From Flectonema sp. DT1601 (taxonomy: Eukaryota), in NCBI GenBank assembly GCA_964019425.1, contig OZ025781.1, forward strand, positions 62,001 to 126,000: a DNA stretch of 64,000 bases. Direction: 5' to 3'. The stretch's first letter is position 1, and every line of letters begins with the position of its first letter. The notes below the pieces were generated by a model. The model was not told where the DNA came from. It saw only the letters and a program-made list of their open reading frames with translations, and searched no databases. The position numbers and the translations under genes are program-made. This document shows positions 10,002-20,539 of the stretch, piece by piece.

Positions 10002-13000
10002 CTACCACTGACCCACTCTAGTTGGACCTTGTACGGAGTGTACCTTTGCTGAGAAGGAGCGAAGTTCACGTTTGCTGGCTTCAATAATTTGCCTGACGTT
10101 TAATGGAGTGTCTTGGTGACCTTCAACAGTGTTGTGCATCTGTTCAACGTCTTCGCTGAACATCAGAACGATGAGAACGTATTCGCGGGAGAGTTGCTGG
10201 ACGTCAGTAGTTGAGCGGAGGTTTTGAAGATGAGAGTTCAACCAATGAAGGCACAGCTGACATAAGATTGCCATTAACCTCCAAGAGACTTGTCTCCTCA
10301 CCATATCATCAACTTGACAACCTCTGTACTGAGGAAAGAGATCTTGTGTGTGTGAACGAATTACTTTATTCCAAAGAGCTCTGTAAGCATCATAAAGGAT
10401 CCTACTAGAAGGCCATCCAAGTGAAGGTCCGACAAGAGTTGGAACAGGACTAACAGGAATGCCTGGTCTACTTGTCGCATCATCAAACAAACAGTTCGAT
10501 GGAATAATCGGCTGACCGCGAGCATCTAAGACTCTCATTGCCATCTCCTCAAGACCTGAAATAACTAACTGCAAAGACAAGAACCTCGGTTCAATATGAT
10601 GAGTTATTCCCTGATCTACACCAGCAGCATCCTGAAGTCTTGCGAACGCATTACTAATAGCATCCTGACCCTGAGTATCGATAAGTTCCATGTGTTTAGT
10701 AATTGATTTTATTACGAAGTCTGCTACCTTCATCTGAGGGATGTTGGCTTTTATTATTTGTTTTAACTCTGGTCGTTCTATTCCGAGAACTCTGAGGAGT
10801 TTAATAGCCAAGTGAGGAATGAAATCAGCGTATGAAATATGAATCATTTCATACAATTTATCAGCTGGGACTAACTCTCCCTGAAGAAGAGCACTGTCAG
10901 CACCTGCACACTCTTGCTGATCCGCATCTGCGATGTTTACCCACGCTTCACATGCCAATTCGGAGAGCATCTCCTTTTGAATTTGAGCAATAGCACTCGG
11001 TCTTTGTGATTGTAAATATTGATTTAAGTGACGTCCGTTAGCTGTAGTGTCTCTCTGTGCAGAAGCCTCAGCCTTCAACAAGACGTCAATACGAGCTGGT
11101 AAACAGTTTGGTGCAGATCTTTGAAAGTCAGGACTCGCCAGAAGTACGTCAGCTGATGAGTGCGCCAAACAGAGGCGGACATGAGCAGCCATGCAGCCTT
11201 CGTTTCTGGCTTCGCAATAGTCTGCGAGATCTGATAGAAGACCGATATGCCATCCAGACCAGAGTCTAGCCCAAGATTCAGTAAATTGATTAGTCCACGA
11301 CTGTAAAGGTTGCTTTTGAATAACAGCAAAGTGACCAGCTGATAAAAAGTGTTGAAGTGAATCAGCTGACGGCACAACATTGTGCGGATGTTGAAGCTGC
11401 TGACGATGAGGTCTGCAATGCGACAAGTCAGAGCGGGAAGGCCAAACACCTTCACCATCAGCTCTAGAAGCTAACCATAAATAAATATGATAATGTAATA
11501 ATTTATCTTGTGATGTTAATAACTCTCCAGATAGAATTGGTCTCGCCACACTTCTGTGAGGGGCCTCGTAGTACAGCGCAGCAGGTTTTCCGAAGGCCCA
11601 GTCGATTGCAATCGCTCGCTGTGCTTTGATGGACGCTAACGACTCAGAGCCGAGCTGTTCTGTTTCTAGAGATCCCGGAGTAGAGAAAAGTAAATCCAAT
11701 GTTAGCAGTATCTCATAGTAAGCTCTACGTCTCGCATTAAAGTACAGTTGTGAAGTCTCAGCTGCTTCTGGTAAGTTGTTGTTACCTAACACCGAGCTCG
11801 ACGGATCTAAATTAGGAACCGATGCTGGTTCTGCTACAGCAGCGTGCCAATACTCTGCGCGATTCTCGGGATCGCAATGTTTTGCTGCTGTCATCGCTAA
11901 GTACATGGCGCTCATATATTGTTTAATCTTTCTCAAGTCTTGACATATAACATTGAGTCTCATCACTCCGGATACCTGTCCGACTTGACGGCGTAAAAGA
12001 CAAGGAGCGACGTCAGGTTTTTCAAGTTGGCGAAGAGCATCAGCGATGACATTCGCATTTCCAGGTGAAGGTGATAGGATTCTCTTCCTCGCTTCGTAGA
12101 AGTCAACTGCAGCAGGATCGAAGAAGTATTTGCACTCTCTCCAACTTGCCCAAATACGATCAACAGCGTGTGGAGGTAGTTGTAACAACTCTCCCATCAA
12201 AGCATCAGTAAATGATTCAGACTCGTCTGAAAGGTGCTGTCCGTGAACTACTCTACCCAATTCCATTCCACGTATTTTAGTGACCACCGTCTGTCTGTCT
12301 TGCGGAGACAAGTCCTCAAGTGCTTTTAGTATCTTTAACGCTTCTACAGTACGTTCGACAACTGCGAAGAGACCTCTTCTGGTCAAAGCTTCGATGTTTT
12401 TGATAGTTTCATTGTCTGGTCTGTCTTGAGCTGGTTGTGGTTGTTGTTGTCCATGTAATCCCATTCCTCCCATTTGTTGAGATGCTACTATTTGATCATA
12501 AATATCAGAGTAACACTCATATTGTAATAAAAAGTTTTGAATAGGACCAGGTAATAAACAATCTGTGTGCGGATTATAAAGTTGTTGAATATCTGAAGCT
12601 GTTGGTCCTACGAGTTGAGATAAGAAGTACCTGAGACCTTCTAATGGATTAACGAATAATGAAAACTGTTTCCTCATCCACAACTGTTCCCAAAACGGTG
12701 ATATGAAGGGGGTACTCCAAAGTGAAGCAACAGCACGAGCAAAGTATTGAAATAGAGCTGCGTGACCAGATGATCCCATCATTGTAAACTGTTCCTGTGC
12801 TCTTTGAACAACATCTTGTGAAGGAGGTGATGACAATGTAAACGCTAACAGATCTTCACTCGATCCTCCAGTTCCAGGATAACCAGAATCAGTATTAGGA
12901 TTGTTAAAGAATGAATTATGACCATCGAGATGTCCAGGACCCTGTTGCTCAGAACATATAAGCGATAAAAGCATAACTGACACTTCAACTTTTCCATACG

Positions 13001-14714
13001 TTTGTAACAACCACTCGTAGTCGAATTGATGTGCTGCGAGATCTCTCTGAGGAGAAGTCTGCTGAATGTGATTTATAATTCCTTGTCTTGATTGGGGATG
13101 ACGAAGAGCGATGTGAATCATATCAACTGGTCGTAGTCTTGTTAAGAAAGTGATACCAACACTATGAGCAATAATATACCTCGAAGGAGGACGAACAACT
13201 TGAGCTATTAAATCAGAAGCAGAGGTGTGAATTAAGTTACCCGCCCATTCTTCTTCAACAACAGAAAAGATGTTAATTCCAACTGTTGGGAGCTCTCCTT
13301 GACGCCAAGTGTCTGCTTGTCTGATAAGAGGCTTTAAGTCAACAATGGAAACAACATTACCAGAGCCTTGACTGTCGATACCAAGTTGAGCGGTACATAA
13401 TAATTGTGGTTGTTGTTGATGATTTCTGGGGATCAATATCGAAACTCTCGGGTTAACAAATGACCTCGCTGTTGAATTATCAACAGGACCCGTGTGAATG
13501 ATCTGATCTACCGGGAATGGTGTTTCTAAAGGTCCCAAGTGAGCTGTTCTCAAATCCAATTGTGAGAACATCGCAACCGAACAAGAACTCACATCGCTGT
13601 TGTAATTTCTTTCATTCGTTGATAAGTCTCTTGTCCTTCCATCGTAAGATATTGAGACTGAATAAGGAACTCTTGTCCCATCCTCATAAAGTACTGACAA
13701 CAAGTCATGTTCTGTATGACGACTACTTTTAGCTGCAGGTACAGGATGGATAGAAACAGGATTTACACCATTTTTAGTAACATTCTTCGAACATTGGTAT
13801 TCACACAAGATGGTATCATCATCACTTCCCAGCCACCAAAGAGTTAGATTTCCTCTGCTGTCGAGAGCGTACAGGTAGTTGCGAGTGGAATCAATTTGAA
13901 GATCAGCAATTCCACCAAATTTCCAAAACGACGACAAACTATCGCGAGCCATATAAATCAGATTACCAATCACTGGTGTCGATCCCATGAACGAAGTTAA
14001 ATTCTGAAGTCTGATTCTGTTTTTCATCCATCCATCACGAGCTGTGTATTGCAGTTCATAAACACATCCGTCATTACCTCCAAAAAATGTTCTTGGAGGG
14101 CTATCAGAACATTGACTCTCATACGATGTAATGCATTGCATTATTGTGTTACCAGTTGTTAGTTGGTAGTCTGGTAGCTTCTGCAGGCTGAGTTCATTTC
14201 CTCTTGGGTCCCTGACGTGGATGGCTGCCATTTCTATTGATGAAAAAGTGCAAACGATCATCACATAGTCAACGTGTGGTTCAAATACTCCTGGTTTAGG
14301 TCTCACAAAGTCAATACAGGTAACAACCGATGGTGCTGTGTACATGACAGGGTCTCTACCTGTTTCATAATTCCATAAAAAGACGTGCTCATCGACAAGT
14401 GCTGCAGCTCTAAATAGATTTGGGAATACTTTTATTTGCCAAGATACTTTACACTGACTCTTTAATCGTTGAACGAGTGGTGGAGTGCTCAAAGTTTTTT
14501 GTCTTAAGAACATTGATGCGTAGTAGTTTTCTCTTACTGGTGGTTCGTCACCTGTATCTCTTCTTCTGACTTCGTCTTGTCCAGCATACGAGACTTCTTT
14601 TTGTAACCAGTTGTTAATCACAGTACCAAGCTTTGAAGACTCTGCTTGCATTCCCTGTTGGTTAATAAACCCACCTTGTTGCCCTCGGCCTTGCCGTTGC
14701 TGACTGTACATCAT
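10002..14714 (-). CDS. NUP155: Nucleoporin Nup155/Nup170, about 1570 aa
   Basis: Beta-propeller motifs VDEHVFLWNY, RPKPGVF, RTFFGGNDGCVYELQY, LQIDSTRNYLYAL, followed by an alpha-solenoid (DKLLHYHIYLWL); first ATG follows an AAAACAG acceptor. Confidence 0.85.
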   Translation of the reverse strand: MMYSQQRQGRGQQGGFINQQGMQAESSKLGTVINNWLQKEVSYAGQDEVRRRDTGDEPPVRENYYASMFLRQKTLSTPPLVQRLKSQCKVSWQIKVFPNLFRAAALVDEHVFLWNYETGRDPVMYTAPSVVTCIDFVRPKPGVFEPHVDYVMIVCTFSSIEMAAIHVRDPRGNELSLQKLPDYQLTTGNTIMQCITSYESQCSDSPPRTFFGGNDGCVYELQYTARDGWMKNRIRLQNLTSFMGSTPVIGNLIYMARDSLSSFWKFGGIADLQIDSTRNYLYALDSRGNLTLWWLGSDDDTILCEYQCSKNVTKNGVNPVSIHPVPAAKSSRHTEHDLLSVLYEDGTRVPYSVSISYDGRTRDLSTNERNYNSDVSSCSVAMFSQLDLRTAHLGPLETPFPVDQIIHTGPVDNSTARSFVNPRVSILIPRNHQQQPQLLCTAQLGIDSQGSGNVVSIVDLKPLIRQADTWRQGELPTVGINIFSVVEEEWAGNLIHTSASDLIAQVVRPPSRYIIAHSVGITFLTRLRPVDMIHIALRHPQSRQGIINHIQQTSPQRDLAAHQFDYEWLLQTYGKVEVSVMLLSLICSEQQGPGHLDGHNSFFNNPNTDSGYPGTGGSSEDLLAFTLSSPPSQDVVQRAQEQFTMMGSSGHAALFQYFARAVASLWSTPFISPFWEQLWMRKQFSLFVNPLEGLRYFLSQLVGPTASDIQQLYNPHTDCLLPGPIQNFLLQYECYSDIYDQIVASQQMGGMGLHGQQQPQPAQDRPDNETIKNIEALTRRGLFAVVERTVEALKILKALEDLSPQDRQTVVTKIRGMELGRVVHGQHLSDESESFTDALMGELLQLPPHAVDRIWASWRECKYFFDPAAVDFYEARKRILSPSPGNANVIADALRQLEKPDVAPCLLRRQVGQVSGVMRLNVICQDLRKIKQYMSAMYLAMTAAKHCDPENRAEYWHAAVAEPASVPNLDPSSSVLGNNNLPEAAETSQLYFNARRRAYYEILLTLDLLFSTPGSLETEQLGSESLASIKAQRAIAIDWAFGKPAALYYEAPHRSVARPILSGELLTSQDKLLHYHIYLWLASRADGEGVWPSRSDLSHCRPHRQQLQHPHNVVPSADSLQHFLSAGHFAVIQKQPLQSWTNQFTESWARLWSGWHIGLLSDLADYCEARNEGCMAAHVRLCLAHSSADVLLASPDFQRSAPNCLPARIDVLLKAEASAQRDTTANGRHLNQYLQSQRPSAIAQIQKEMLSELACEAWVNIADADQQECAGADSALLQGELVPADKLYEMIHISYADFIPHLAIKLLRVLGIERPELKQIIKANIPQMKVADFVIKSITKHMELIDTQGQDAISNAFARLQDAAGVDQGITHHIEPRFLSLQLVISGLEEMAMRVLDARGQPIIPSNCLFDDATSRPGIPVSPVPTLVGPSLGWPSSRILYDAYRALWNKVIRSHTQDLFPQYRGCQVDDMVRRQVSWRLMAILCQLCLHWLNSHLQNLRSTTDVQQLSREYVLIVLMFSEDVEQMHNTVEGHQDTPLNVRQIIEASKRELRSFSAKVHSVQGPTRVGQW

Positions 14715-16396
14715 GATACTGTACAACCTGTTTTATAAATATGTCTTTTATCATTCTAAGACAAGCTAATTAAAAATCTGAAACAAAATGTCACGCGAAA
14801 TTTCCTCTTTCGACATGCTTTTTTGCCGAAAATGAAAATACTAAAAGGAAACAGAGATCTTTTTAAAAACTGGATGTGTAGGTTCTCATTCTAACTCCTC
14901 ACACGATTCAGTTCAAGGGAAACATTTAAAACAACACACACAGATTGATAGAACATTTTATTCAATACAATAAAATATTGATTCAGGTAACTAGATCATA
15001 TGTCGTAGTGTGTTGTTTACAGAAAACAAAAATAACGAAACTGCCACACCTTAAATAAGGTGATAAAAAAAACTTTATAAAGTATCTCAAAGAAGTAAAG
15101 AAAAAGAAGAAAAAAAAGGAACTGTCAACACTCCCACAAGAGGATTTACAAAACAGATGGAAATAAGTTGTTTGAAACAAAGGAAACGCACAATAAGTAG
15201 GAATGCAATACCATGATGTGCTCATTACTTGTAATGCGCAACCGACAAATATTTATAGAAATTACTTTTAGTTTAGTTTTAGTTGAGCACAAGGTTCCAT
15301 TGGCTGCAAAAAGTAAAACATAGTCTCTCTTCTCTTTTTTTTTCATTTTTTTTTTTGGCCTCGTTTAAGAAACACTTATGTGCAGCTCACGCAATAAAAA
15401 ATTACTCTCAAAAAGGTCGTATCAGGTACAGTGACCATACGACTTTTTTATGATTTCTTTTTTTTTTAGCTTCGTCATTATGAAACAAAAGAAATGCGAC
15501 TAAAAAAAAAAAAAAAAAAAAAAAAAAAGTACACACGCGTGGGATAAAAGAGAACTGAGAAAAACTAAACAGAGGAAAAAAAAAATGAAGCTCAAAATTC
15601 CAAATTGCAGACCAGAATTAATCTCGAGGGTGCTATTAATCAACATTTAACTCCCGCGTAATTTATTATAAGAAAAAGGAAAAAAAAACTATTCCATCAG
15701 TGAACTGAAGGTTAGAACCAGAACTTCTCTTTTTAAAGAGACAGATGTTAGGCCTTGTGCAACACCAACAGTATCGCAGTTTATTATTTTGTTTTTTCCC
15801 ATTCTTTTTATCGTTGTGAAAAAAAGTAAGTTCTACTAACCAAAATAAAAGAATGAGGGGAGACTATAGTAACAACTTTAGGTACTAAGAACAAAATTAA
15901 TATCAAGTACTTGACTGAAAAGATATTTGTAACTGGTAATCGAAGAAAAGGTACGTTTAGAAAAAAAAAAAAAAAAAAAAGAAAACATAAAAAAAGGGAA
16001 ACACATAAGGCTATCCTGGGCACCAAACACTATCCAAAAAAAACTCAAATCCGGTACAAGAAAAAAACAGTTTGTATTAAAGCTATTTTGTAGCACACTA
16101 TTGGCGGCGCACTCTTTTGTTATAAAAAACAAAAATTATAACGTTTCGAAGATGGCAAGGCACATTGTGCACTTCCTTTAATGTGAGGTTAAATCCAATA
16201 TTTGAATGCCGCAATCATTAAGGCGTTGTCTTTTTCTTAATCAGTACCGACTGATCTTAATCTCCGACATTGCTCTCCCATCCCGCTAGTCAGTAGTGAA
16301 GTTTCAGAGTCATCTGTGTCTTCAGTATCGTCATCCGAAAAGAAACTGGTAAAAAAAAAAAAAAAATCAACGACAAGGAATCGAACTAAAGGAGAA

Positions 16397-17782
16397 TTAT
16401 GCTTTAGTTTTTAATTGCTTTTTAGCTTCGCGGTAGAATTCACAACATGATTTATCAGTTGCGATGTCAACACATTTAATATGAACAGGACACTGGCAAT
16501 TCACACACGAGAATCCTTGTCTTCCGATTCCATAAATAAACTTTTTGCAAACAAAACACCAATGAGGTGAGTGCCAATGCTTTCGTGCGAAGACGTGAGG
16601 GGTTCCAATCCGAAAACCAGAATCCGGCGGGGGTCCTCCAGGAGATCGAGAACGAGTTGCAACAGACGCGGCTAATAAAGAAGCGCTAGTTTTACGAATC
16701 TGATTAAGTTGTCTTCCTAAATGGTCGCAACCATCTAAACAAAGTTGCTCAGGAAGCTGAATTGGTTCTGTTGTTGGACTCCTACTCGGGGAAGATGATC
16801 CTTCCGATTCGTTAGATGAACACCCATCAATGATTCCAGCACATAATAAGTCTTTGTCTTCAATTTCATCTTTTTCACCCGTTTCAACTCTGATACTTTG
16901 CCTTACAGCATCTTCACTTATAACAATCCTTGGTACGGCGAATACCTTACTCGTATCTAAGTTTGGAGTAAACCAAGAATGTTCCATAATCTCTTTTATT
17001 GTCAACCGATCGTCTGGTTTTCCAACGAGGATTCGTTTTATTAAATCAGATGCCCCACTTGATATATGATCTGGAATAGTATAATGACCCCCGATGATTG
17101 ATCTGATAACCCCCTGAATACCTCTGGTACCTCCTTGGGGTTTGAACGGAGCATATCCCGATAACATAACGTAAAGGATTACACCACATGACCAAACGTC
17201 TGTTTGAAATCCATTATATCCTTTGTTTAAAAATATTTCTGGAGCTGCGTAGTTGGGTGTACCGCACTGCGTCTGCAATCTAAGAGTTGGAGTGACCTGA
17301 CCGTCTTCCAAGTTTTGGATATTTGAAAAACCAAAATCAGCAATTTTCAACACTCCTTCAGACGTCAGTAGTAAGTTTTGTGGTTTTAAATCTCTGTGAA
17401 CTATTCCTTGCTCATGACAATATTTAATTCCCAGTATCAGTTGTTGGTAATAGTCTCGAGCAGTCTTTTCAATGAATCTTTGATTTTCTTGAATGAGATC
17501 GAACAGCTCACCGCCAGATGCAAACTCCAACACTAAATAAAAATGTTTTTGAGTTTCCATAACATCGTACAGCCTCAATACATTCTCGTGATTGAGCTCT
17601 TTCATCATGGCTATTTCTCTTTGAAGCATTAACCTTCCTTGACTGCCTTGTAATTTCATTTTTTGACAAATCTTTATCGCAGCATCTTGCTTAGAATTCG
17701 GATTAGTCGCATATTTGACTTCTCCAAAAGATCCCATCCCCAGAGTGCTGTGCAGCTTCCAACCTCCGATTTGTTTTCCCAT
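16397..17782 (-). CDS. SNF1/AMPK/CIPK-like Ser/Thr kinase with C-terminal C1 (DAG-binding) domain, 461 aa
   Basis: GMGSFGEV, HRDLKPQN, DFG, CGTPNYAAPE; C1 pattern H-x12-C-x2-C-x13-C-x2-C-x4-H-x2-C near the C-terminus. Confidence 0.9.
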   Translation of the reverse strand: MGKQIGGWKLHSTLGMGSFGEVKYATNPNSKQDAAIKICQKMKLQGSQGRLMLQREIAMMKELNHENVLRLYDVMETQKHFYLVLEFASGGELFDLIQENQRFIEKTARDYYQQLILGIKYCHEQGIVHRDLKPQNLLLTSEGVLKIADFGFSNIQNLEDGQVTPTLRLQTQCGTPNYAAPEIFLNKGYNGFQTDVWSCGVILYVMLSGYAPFKPQGGTRGIQGVIRSIIGGHYTIPDHISSGASDLIKRILVGKPDDRLTIKEIMEHSWFTPNLDTSKVFAVPRIVISEDAVRQSIRVETGEKDEIEDKDLLCAGIIDGCSSNESEGSSSPSRSPTTEPIQLPEQLCLDGCDHLGRQLNQIRKTSASLLAASVATRSRSPGGPPPDSGFRIGTPHVFARKHWHSPHWCFVCKKFIYGIGRQGFSCVNCQCPVHIKCVDIATDKSCCEFYREAKKQLKTKA

Positions 17783-18201
17783 TTTTATTTAGTGTTTTTT
17801 TTTTTTTTTTTTTGGAAAATCTTGTTTTTTGGATAAAGTACTTGTTAAAATAAAATAAATACCAACGTGAGGCTTCCCTCCGTAATACCAAAAGTAACTC
17901 TGCTGGGAACTTTTTATTTGTATGCCATCCCAGTTTGTCGCTATTTTTTTTTTTTTTTTTTTTTTTCTCTTTATAGTGCATCAAATAAACCTGTACCACA
18001 TTTATGTAAGTAATCCGTTACTGTGGAAGGACCCAACACAGTCGGCGTTGGTATTGTTAACAGAGGCGTCTACGGAAAAAAAAGGAGGGAAAAGTAGGGT
18101 GAACAAAAATCTAAAAAAATTAAAATAAGAATCTAACATGGAGAGAATGGAGGAGGAGGCTCCTAGAGGAGAATTGTCTGTCAAACTAACTGTCTGTGTG
18201 T

Positions 18202-19284
18202 TTAAATTACTTTTTCCAAATTGCGACGAACACTTTTCAAATTCCATTCATATAAAAAGTTGTTTGCCTTTTCGACATCGACACCATTGTAAGTGTAGTC
18301 TTGAGTAGTGAAATCTAAAGAAACATCTTCAATTCTGCTACGACTACATGGGAGACGCATTACTTCTAATCCAGAATGGAATGATATTTTTGATTCAGGT
18401 TTGAGGACTTCAGCTCCCTTTGCTTTGCCACAGATTTCTATGATTTTCTCGGCATTTTCCTCCTTCCAAATGTCATCAACATTAGAACCGTATTCCATAA
18501 TTAGTTGTTTCGCAGTTTTTGGTCCAGTTCCGCGGATACCTGCAATCCCGTCAGCAGCCTGACCTGTGATGGCCCAGTAGTTAGCCAGCTGTGAGACTGG
18601 AATTCCAAATGTTTCTTCAATTCGTTCCTTCGTCATGATCAACTTTTCACTCTTAGGAGCAGGAACACATACTTTTACTTTATCACTACTGGCTAACTGA
18701 AAGATGTCTTGATCTCTGGTGTGAATGACTACGTTTGATTTCGAATTCATGACCAACTCAGCGATGACATCATCAGCTTCCAATCCAACTTTAAAAATAC
18801 AATGTTTGTTTCCCAACATTGATATCGCAGAGTCTCTACAGGGTTGTAGTTGTGATTGAAGAGCTGCGTTTTTAGCGCGACCCTTCTTGTAGGCTGTGTT
18901 CCAAGAATTCCTCCAAGTCTTTCCGGCATCAAAGGCTAAGGCTACCTGATCTTCACCCTTTCTTAAGATGGATAATAATAAGATAAGTTGATTGCTGAAT
19001 CCCATCAAAGCATTTGATGATTTTCCGTTACTTTTAAACCAAACTGGCATAGCATGGAATGATCTGTGAATCCAATCACTCGCATCTACGATGTGCAACA
19101 CACCAGGACCTTTAACTTCTCTTACTGCTTCGTAACCTTTCAATTTCTTTGGTTTCTTGACAGCTGGTTCCTTTACTTCTTTGACAGTTTTCGTTTTTTT
19201 AATTTTCGGTACAACAACTTTATCAACGTTCTTCTTCAAAGAAACTTTCTTAACTGCTTCGACTATCTTTTTCCGAGCTGGCAT
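18202..19284 (-). CDS. Stand-alone 5'-3' exonuclease/flap endonuclease (DNA PolI N-terminal domain type) with Lys-rich N-terminus, 360 aa
   Basis: IVDAS..HRSFHA, AFD, YKKGR, EADD, RDQD, and the H3TH segment DGIAGIRGTGPKTAKQLIMEYGS. Confidence 0.85.
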   Translation of the reverse strand: MPARKKIVEAVKKVSLKKNVDKVVVPKIKKTKTVKEVKEPAVKKPKKLKGYEAVREVKGPGVLHIVDASDWIHRSFHAMPVWFKSNGKSSNALMGFSNQLILLLSILRKGEDQVALAFDAGKTWRNSWNTAYKKGRAKNAALQSQLQPCRDSAISMLGNKHCIFKVGLEADDVIAELVMNSKSNVVIHTRDQDIFQLASSDKVKVCVPAPKSEKLIMTKERIEETFGIPVSQLANYWAITGQAADGIAGIRGTGPKTAKQLIMEYGSNVDDIWKEENAEKIIEICGKAKGAEVLKPESKISFHSGLEVMRLPCSRSRIEDVSLDFTTQDYTYNGVDVEKANNFLYEWNLKSVRRNLEKVI

Positions 19285-19846
19285 TTTTTTTTTTTTTTTT
19301 TTTTTTGATGTAGGATCTGATGAGAGGAATAAACAAGAAAAACACTATCTCAGATATAAACCATGACATCGTCCTCCATCTGTTATGTCATGTGCTTCTT
19401 CGTCACTGTTTTAAAAAGATCACACGGTACTAAATTGGATACATAAATCGATGCTTTCGGACGTACCCATCCGATGAAATGAGTAAGGACTTTATTGAAG
19501 AGGGTGTAATAAGTAGAAAAGGAAGGTAAATAAAATTAGGAAAAGGGGGGTGAAACTGAACTTTTTTTTGTGTGGAGATCAAAGATGAGCGATGAGCTAA
19601 GAAGGTAATTACCTCAGGGCAATGTGTCTCGTTGTTGTTATTGTAATGTGACTACCACAACAACCACAGCTCTTCAGTCAGGTTATTCACTACTTTGGCA
19701 AAAAAATTCTAACTAAATAGAGAGAGAGAGAACGGGGGATGCAACTGGCAGCTTTCACAGTTAGTTTTTAATTCTCTGTTCAATAGACGTAAGAGATTCC
19801 ACGACTTGTTTTGATCACAATATTCACTCCAATAAAGTTGTTCATT

Positions 19847-20539
19847 CTATTGATCAAACAGTTTTAAAATATCCCTGCAGACGGCTTCCTTGTCAACCAT
19901 TCTCAACAACGCTATGCGGAGCTGATCAGATGATGCATTTCGTAGTTGAGTAGTTTCTAATTTAAATGAAACGAGACCGCTAGTCCCCGGCTCTAACATT
20001 GAAACGACGTCTGATATTTGAGCTTTGAGCTCATGGAGAGGACCTGTCAGGTCAGATAACTGAACCTGGAGCTCCATTGGTGAGGCTGCAGGTACGTCCT
20101 GTTGCTGCTGTTGTTGCTGCTGCTGTTGTTGTTGTTGTTGTTGTTGTTGTTGAGTTTGTGGAAGAGGTTGTTGAGTGTGTTGCTGCTGCTGTTGCTGAGT
20201 CAGCTGCTGAGAAACTACTAACTGCTGTTGCTGCTGTTGTTGTGTCAGTTGCTCAACTTCACGATTTTGAGTCAAAATCTGTTCCTGTTGCTGTTGCTGT
20301 GGCAACGTCTCTTCAGGAAGTAATACGGAAGTACTTACTTCAGGGATACCACTTCCTTGAAGGGTGGTTTCAAAATCAATCATCCCAATTCCACTCATGT
20401 CCATCATACCGCCAGCTCCATCAGTTCCTAATGACCACATATTGTCACCCATCGCTACTCCCATGTCACCAGTGTTGTCTTCAGAAAACATACTAAATAC
20501 CGCATCGTTACCACCTCCAGTTGTGAAGAACGAGTCCAT
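19847..20539 (-). CDS. Polyglutamine-rich protein of unknown function, 230 aa
   Basis: Open ORF with A-rich ATG context, acidic Met/Gly-rich N-terminus, CAG/CAA polyQ centre and helical C-terminus. Confidence 0.65.
   Translation of the reverse strand: MDSFFTTGGGNDAVFSMFSEDNTGDMGVAMGDNMWSLGTDGAGGMMDMSGIGMIDFETTLQGSGIPEVSTSVLLPEETLPQQQQQEQILTQNREVEQLTQQQQQQQLVVSQQLTQQQQQQHTQQPLPQTQQQQQQQQQQQQQQQQQQDVPAASPMELQVQLSDLTGPLHELKAQISDVVSMLEPGTSGLVSFKLETTQLRNASSDQLRIALLRMVDKEAVCRDILKLFDQ
20099..20300 (-). repeat. CAA/CAG trinucleotide (polyQ) tracts within CDS
   Basis: Runs of tgc/tgt triplets on the + strand. Confidence 0.85.
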
